Positions 26,079 to 32,000 of a stretch of DNA of 32,000 nt are shown here, piece after piece. The first letter of the stretch is position 1, and each line of letters starts with the position of its first letter. Source of the DNA: Klebsiella phage vB_Kpn_AM_K4. The notes below the pieces were generated by a model. It searched no databases and was not told the origin of the DNA. It was given only the letters and a program-made list of their open reading frames with translations. The DNA lies in the sequence record PP355766.1, one strand, 5' to 3'. The translations under genes and the position numbers were made by a program.

Positions 26079-26642
26079 TTATTGTATACTCTTAAAAATA
26101 TAGCATTGTTTATGTAGCATTTTATGTTTCTTTAAGAAATGAGCTTTCTCTAGGACATCTGACGCATAAGAGTTTCCTCTTTTGACATTCCATCCTGCGT
26201 TATAACTAGCAAGAGCTTTTCGCATATTGCCGTTATGTATATTTAACCAATATGAAAGCTCAATATATGCCCACTCCGCAGAATTACGTCTGGATTTAAG
26301 CATTTTTCTTATTTCAGAATCACTAAGGTTTTTACCTTCCAGTTTAGCTCTGGCCTTAACGGTGGGTAAGTAATTTTGAAAAACCCCATAAGAATGATGC
26401 CCCTTTCCTGCTTTTAAATTGGCTCCTGCCGAAGATTCTTTCCATGATATAGCAGCCATTATATATCCTAAGCCGTTATTATCGTATCGGTTATGCGGAG
26501 ATTTTTCCTTTCCGGATTTTTGATATTGTTCACCAAAATTATATGCGTAATGCAAGTTGTCAAGTTGAACATTACTGAAAGTTGGCTCAGACCCAAAGGC
26601 CGTTGAACATAAGGCCATTAGACCGATAAGCGCTTTTTTCAT
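26079..26642 (-). CDS. Secreted SLT/lysozyme-fold protein
   Basis: Signal peptide 'MKKALIGLMALCSTAFGS', catalytic-like 'AAISWKESSAG...GHHSYGVFQN', 'ALASYNAGWN'. Confidence 0.6.
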   Translation of the reverse strand: MKKALIGLMALCSTAFGSEPTFSNVQLDNLHYAYNFGEQYQKSGKEKSPHNRYDNNGLGYIMAAISWKESSAGANLKAGKGHHSYGVFQNYLPTVKARAKLEGKNLSDSEIRKMLKSRRNSAEWAYIELSYWLNIHNGNMRKALASYNAGWNVKRGNSYASDVLEKAHFLKKHKMLHKQCYIFKSIQ

Positions 26643-26649
26643 GTTTACC

Positions 26650-27108
26650 TCAATTAATGTGTATAACTTTTGTGCTGATTTTACCTTTCAAACGTTTATC
26701 ATTAACGAATGCCATACGACACTTTATGCTAGGTCCTTTTCCCGGTCTTGGAATATCCATAGTAAACCCTAGCCACAGATTTCCATCCGTAATTTCTAAC
26801 CGCATGGGTTTATACTCGATATTTTCATCAATGTCTTTTGGGTCAATTGGAAGCCAAGGCATTGCTAAAAATTCATTAATTTCTTTAAGATGATTAGGAA
26901 TTTTGGAAAGAACAGAGAATACATACTCTTCATCAATTTCACGTTGGATAGCACGGTCCAACAAATGGTCAGAGTACTTAGTGAAGAAAGGCTCTTTGCC
27001 CTCAGCCTTAGCTCGGGCACGAACTGATAAATTCAAAGAGCGAAAAGCTTCCTCAAACTTACGACGCAGTTTAGTTCTGCGAATGAATACTTCTGGGTTA
27101 GTTGACAT
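26650..27108 (-). CDS. regB: Site-specific endoribonuclease RegB
   Basis: 'EVFIRRTKLRRKFEEAFRSLN', 'HLLDRAIQREIDEEYVF', 'RLEITDGNLWLGFT'; full-length. Confidence 0.88.
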   Translation of the reverse strand: MSTNPEVFIRRTKLRRKFEEAFRSLNLSVRARAKAEGKEPFFTKYSDHLLDRAIQREIDEEYVFSVLSKIPNHLKEINEFLAMPWLPIDPKDIDENIEYKPMRLEITDGNLWLGFTMDIPRPGKGPSIKCRMAFVNDKRLKGKISTKVIHIN

Positions 27109-27130
27109 AGTTCATTCTCCTTTGTTTGTA

Positions 27131-27150
27131 GGGCCATAGTATCATGGCCC
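27131..27150. terminator. Hairpin terminator candidate
   Basis: GGGCCAT-AGTATC-ATGGCCC. Confidence 0.5.
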
Positions 27151-27203
27151 GTAAGGAAAGTAAACTACTTTTTAATATTTTTCTTCTGGTGTGAAATAAA
27201 TTT

Positions 27204-27891
<688 letters not shown>

Positions 27892-27895
<4 letters not shown>

Positions 27896-28262
27896 TTTTG
27901 AATTCCTAATATAGTGTTGATTTTTGAATAAAGTTCTTCTAGAGAACCGTCGTTAGTTATTACGATATCGCCTTCGCGAATCGGAAGTCCACGCTCTGTG
28001 ACGTGAGTATCTTTTTTAGAACCTTCTTGCTCAGGACGAACTACATGAATAACTGTAGCACCCATCGCCCTGGCTACATCAAGTTCATGGTCTTGGCGGG
28101 TATCTGGGACAATGAAATAATCATAATCACCAAAAGTATCAGCCATAACCAAAGTGAATCGTTTCACCCAATACATGCGATCGAGCTTATCACAGACAAT
28201 GTCAGTCCCAAGGGTCTGCATGAGACGACGAATTGACCATGGCTCAACAGGTTTATTTATTA
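27892..28262 (-). pseudogene. 1: Deoxynucleoside monophosphate kinase gp1, C-terminal fragment
   Basis: 'WSIRRLMQTLGTDIVCDKLDRMYWVKRF...YFIVPDTRQDHELDVARAMGATVIHVVRP...VTERGLPIREGDIVITNDGSLEELYSKI'; N-terminal P-loop missing. Confidence 0.88.
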
Positions 28263-28299
28263 CAACTTCAAGGAATGGCCCCTTTAACTGGAATCTAAA

Positions 28300-28833
28300 A
28301 TGAAACACTTAACTCCCATTTATTTGACCCTGATGCATGCTTTCAGAGACGCTGCAGACAGACGATTGAATAACCCCAACTATAGCTTTTATGAACCATC
28401 TTGCCTTATGCGAGAGTACGGTACCCTTCGTCTAGACGGTGGAAGACAAACCGGAAAGACCGCAGCCTTATGCCAATTCGCTACCGATTGGTTGCTTGAA
28501 GATGGTTCGGTTATAATCTTATCTACTCGATACACACAATCATCTGAACTGATGGAAGGTATTCTACGAGAATATAATTCATCGCATTTAATTAATAAAT
28601 TACCGGCTAACGAGATAGCTAAATCAATTGTTCCGATGACAATCAGGGAATTTCTATCCAATGATTCCTCTTATAAGTTTAGAGGAAGAAAGTTTGGAAG
28701 AGCATTAATTATCATTGAAGAACCAATGAAAGTTCCCGATATGATGAAGTTCTATGATATGTACCAGGAAGCTATCAGATGGTCTATGCCTAATGATACC
28801 TTACCTTTATTTTTCGTGATAGGAATGCAATGA
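28300..28833 (+). CDS. P-loop ATPase, terminase/helicase-like core without a recognised partner domain
   Basis: Walker A 'LDGGRQTGKTAAL', Walker B 'ALIIIEEP'; 177 aa. Confidence 0.55.
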   Translation: MKHLTPIYLTLMHAFRDAADRRLNNPNYSFYEPSCLMREYGTLRLDGGRQTGKTAALCQFATDWLLEDGSVIILSTRYTQSSELMEGILREYNSSHLINKLPANEIAKSIVPMTIREFLSNDSSYKFRGRKFGRALIIIEEPMKVPDMMKFYDMYQEAIRWSMPNDTLPLFFVIGMQ

Positions 28834-29141
28834 TGACACAGACAGAAATTGTTGATATGATTACAGTAATGGAAAATACAGGATTTTCCGATATGAAGCA
28901 ATTAATAACAATGGTTACGGCTGGAAACCTGCTTGAGTACAAGCGCTACAAGTTTCTGTCTGGTCCGTTTAAAGGTGCAGAATTCATTTCTAATGCTCCT
29001 AACACGAAGTGGATGAATCGCTATCCTAATTTTAGAATTGAGTTTATATCTGGCAAGCTCAAAGGCGTGATTAGTTCAAGCTTAATCACATATGACCAAC
29101 GCATTCAAGAGAAAACAATGCAATGGCTGAAATTGTTATAA
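28830..29141 (+). CDS. Hypothetical protein
   Basis: 103 aa ORF, overlaps neighbours (coupled). Confidence 0.55.
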   Translation: MMTQTEIVDMITVMENTGFSDMKQLITMVTAGNLLEYKRYKFLSGPFKGAEFISNAPNTKWMNRYPNFRIEFISGKLKGVISSSLITYDQRIQEKTMQWLKLL

Positions 29142-29692
29142 AGTGTCCTCCACATTTAGTTGAAAGCTTCTGCGATTGGTTCAGTAATTCTGGAGAGCAA
29201 GATTTCTATGAAGCCCATCAGAATGGAACTTGGAATGAAACCACAAAACAGTGGGAAGAAGCTACAACGTATATAGGCACTCGCGGATATGGAGTTAAAG
29301 GATTTTATGCTGAAGCTCCTATTGGAGATAGCATTATCCATATCGATGATGAAGGAAAACTTACAAACATTCCAATTAGTACTACGGACCCTGAAGAATT
29401 CTCCAAAGCAATGGACAAAGTAGTTAAAATTGTTAAAACTGATGAAACCATTGAGCTTCCTAAAAACTTTAGTCCAAACATGCAATTGCTAGGTAAGAAC
29501 CCAGGATATATTACTCTTCCATGGTGGATTTACCAATGGATTAAAGATAACCCGGACTGGAAATCTCGGCCAACGTCGTTTGAACACCCATCAGCACACC
29601 AGACACTGTTTAGTTTAATCTATTACATCAAAAGAAACGGGTCTGTTATGATTCGTGAAACACGTAATTCTTCATTTGTAACTTTAAAATAA
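29123..29692 (+). CDS. Hypothetical phage protein
   Basis: 189 aa ORF immediately upstream of hoc. Confidence 0.6.
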   Translation: MAEIVIKCPPHLVESFCDWFSNSGEQDFYEAHQNGTWNETTKQWEEATTYIGTRGYGVKGFYAEAPIGDSIIHIDDEGKLTNIPISTTDPEEFSKAMDKVVKIVKTDETIELPKNFSPNMQLLGKNPGYITLPWWIYQWIKDNPDWKSRPTSFEHPSAHQTLFSLIYYIKRNGSVMIRETRNSSFVTLK

Positions 29693-29701
29693 GGAACACC
29701 T

Positions 29702-30285
29702 ATGGCTTATAGCGTATCTATTGCTCCTTTGGCTGCTTCGGCAGTCATTGGAGCAACAACCAATTTTACTGCAACAACTTCTGGAGCCACAGCTGAAGGC
29801 ACAGAAACGTTTGTATGGACTGTAAATGGAGTACCACAGTCTTCTGTTACAGCAGCTATGAATTATGTTGCTGCAGGACCTGCAGGTAGTAAGACTGTTA
29901 AAGTAGTTGCTACTGTTACCCCAGCAGATGGTGAGGCAGAAACTGCTGAGGCAGAAACAACTCTGACCGTTAATAACAAAACTATGCCTGCGATTACTTT
30001 AACTTTGAGCCCGACTTCTGTTTCTAAAGAAATTGGTCAATCCCAAGTAGTCACAGCTGATGTTACCGGCGCACCGTCAGGAGCAAGCATTGCTTATGTT
30101 TGGAAACGTGGCTCTTCTGTTATTTCCGGTCAAACCGGTAAAACAATTACCTTAACTGAATCAACGGAAACCAGCTACACACTGAATTGTGAAGTGACGG
30201 TTTCTGCTCCAGACTATAATAATGGAACGGCAACTAAAGGCATCGCTGTTGCTTTTACCAAAAAGACCATGAGCGGTGTTTCTGT
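29702..30285 (+). pseudogene. hoc: Hoc outer capsid decoration protein, N-terminal Ig-like domains, truncated
   Basis: 'NFTATTSGATAEGTETFVWTVNGVPQSSVTAAMNYVAAGPAGSKTVKVVATVTP', repeated Ig-like pattern; cut at 'TKKTMSGVSVT'. Confidence 0.85.
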
Positions 30286-30563
30286 TACTATATATTTATC
30301 AATCATGTCATATTCTTCAGAAACAAGGACGATACTATATTGTCCACTTCAAAGAGATGCTTAAACTTGATGGACGTCCAGTAACAATTGATTTAGAAGA
30401 CATTGCTCGCCGTGATTCTATTGCCCAATTACTGGAACAGTGGGGATTGCTTATCATCAATAGAGGGCAAACTCTACATGAAATGCAGAATAATTTTAGA
30501 GTTATTTCATTCAAAAGCAAGAATGAATGGACTCTTAAATCCAAATATACGATAGGGTGTTAA
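30286..30563 (+). pseudogene. regA: RegA translational repressor, C-terminal part
   Basis: 'YQSCHILQKQGRYYIVHFKEMLKLDGRPV...RRDSIAQLLEQWGLL...NNFRVISFKSKNEWTLKSKYTIG'; N-terminal ~35 aa missing. Confidence 0.9.
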
Positions 30564-31295
30564 TTGAATTATAGAAAAATCTATTTTCAACTTATTGAGC
30601 GGGCAAAAACCCGCTCAGATTTATCTGGATATACAGAAATACATCATGTTATTCCAAAATCTTTAGGAGGAACTGATTTAAAATCAAATTTAGTTAAATT
30701 AACAGCTAGAGAGCATTTCATTGCTCATTGGTTATTGACTAAGGTTTATGATAGTAATAAAATGATATTCGCGTTTTGGAAAATGTGCAATGGAAATAAT
30801 ACCAATAGATATGTATCTTCGCACGGATATCAAAGTGCTAAATTAAAATTTAGCAACGCTATGAAAGAACGAAAACTTTCCGATTTACATAAAAATAAAA
30901 TAAGTGATTCTCTTTCTGGTAGAAAACTTTCTATTACTCATGTACAAGCTATTAAGCATTCTAAATCTTTCGTTTCACTTGAAACTAGAAAGAAAATGAG
31001 TGAATCTGGGAAAATAAAAATTTTTACAAAATCACATCGTAAAAATTTAAGTTTAGCAAAAATTGGACACACTGTATCTAAAGAAACCAAACTTAAAATG
31101 TCAAAAGGGCAGAAAATCTCGCAGCGGAAGTATCCGCATTGGAATTATTATGATGAGCTTTTTGATATATGGAAATGGCTAAATTGCCCAGGTAGAAAGG
31201 CTTTCAGAAAAGAAGTTTATAATATTGGATATCCAGATGTAGATTATGCGTCAATGATAAGAAATTTTAAAGATGAAAAATGTTACTTCAGCAAT
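30564..31295 (+). pseudogene. HNH homing endonuclease, probably C-terminally truncated
   Basis: 'YTEIHHVIPKSLGGTDLKSNLVKLTAREHFIAHWLL' HNH motif; repeated NUMOD-like 'SxxTRKKMSESGK' motifs; A+T-rich; starts right after regA. Confidence 0.8.
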
Positions 31296-32000
31296 TTCAC
31301 GCCAGTTTTTACGGTCAGTCGCGACGAAATCACCAATATAAAGAGCAGTACGGAGAGATACGTTACGCAGACGGTTTACGTTATCTTTCATAAATTCCAA
31401 AACTTCAATAACTTCGGAATTTCTTAACCCACGGTTCTGTAACATAGAAGTAGTCATTATTACATCTTGAACTCGGACCATAATCTCTTCATTAGTGTGA
31501 ACACCAAGGTCAAGATAAACCGAACGTGATACCAGAGCTTGAAGATGTGGAGCAAGTTTAGAACCGCGCTCTAATTCACGGTCAATATCAACGTTAGTGA
31601 TAAAGACCACAGTACCTTCAAACTCAAACTCATTAGGAATTCCTTTATCTTCCAAGAAAGAAGATGCAGTGCTCCAGCATACTTTACGTTTCTCCCCTGA
31701 ATCCAAAGCAGCTTTCAGAAGGTTAAGAATGTCCATATCAGAGAATACATCTACATCATCAATGAGCAGAACTGAATTTGCTTCACGTGATTCCCAAAGA
31801 CGGCAGTATAAACCAATTCCTGAGATTTTACCGTTCACTGATTTATAATCAATAGCGTTAGTATCATGAGCATGTTGTAATGCTTTGTCCAAAGAGTAAG
31901 TCTTACCGATACCTGCTGCTCCGGAGATAATCAGAGAACGAATATTCCCATGAATTAAACCGTTAGTCATTAATCCCATGACGTTAAAGCGTTTCTTGAT
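31295..32000 (-). CDS. AAA+ family ATPase, continues off the right edge and is cut at the left end
   Basis: 'SLIISGAAGIGKTYSLDKAL' Walker A, 'SVLLIDDVDVFSD' Walker B, 'VVFITNVDIDRELERG' sensor 1. Confidence 0.7.

Overview
This window looks like an accessory-rich mosaic of a T4-like (Tevenvirinae) myophage plus at least two T5-like blocks. It does not read as one coherent locus. T4-type genes recognised from memory of the family sequences (no database was searched): 52, ndd (C-term), rnlB, dexA, dda (two pieces), imm-like, 42, srd, modA/modB-like (C-term), 6 (C-term), 7 (two pieces on opposite strands), 37/38-like fibre and adhesin pieces, uvsW, e lysozyme, an internal-head-protein-like ORF, tk (N-term), tk.4 macro domain, regB, 57B/acb1, 57A, 1 (C-term), hoc (N-term), regA, several tRNAs and tRNA-like stable RNAs. 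T5-type genes: D15, D14 and D13 at 1-1.2 kb, and a family A DNA polymerase N-terminus at 16.8-17.9 kb. At about 20 positions one recognisable gene stops mid-domain and another begins mid-domain, often with a strand switch. The simplest explanation is a chimeric or misassembled contig, or a deliberately rearranged one, so any apparently novel gene neighbourhood that spans a seam is suspect. Leads that lie inside single blocks are: two long (about 144 and 128 nt) tRNA-like RNAs; a GIY-YIG/T5orf172-like gene between tRNA genes; a NADAR-like gene, a macro domain and an Acb1/57B-like 2H phosphoesterase; a candidate DNA-hypermodification glycosyltransferase coupled to dCMP hydroxymethylase; a SLOG/DprA-like gene coupled to rnlB; and a standalone P-loop ATPase upstream of hoc.
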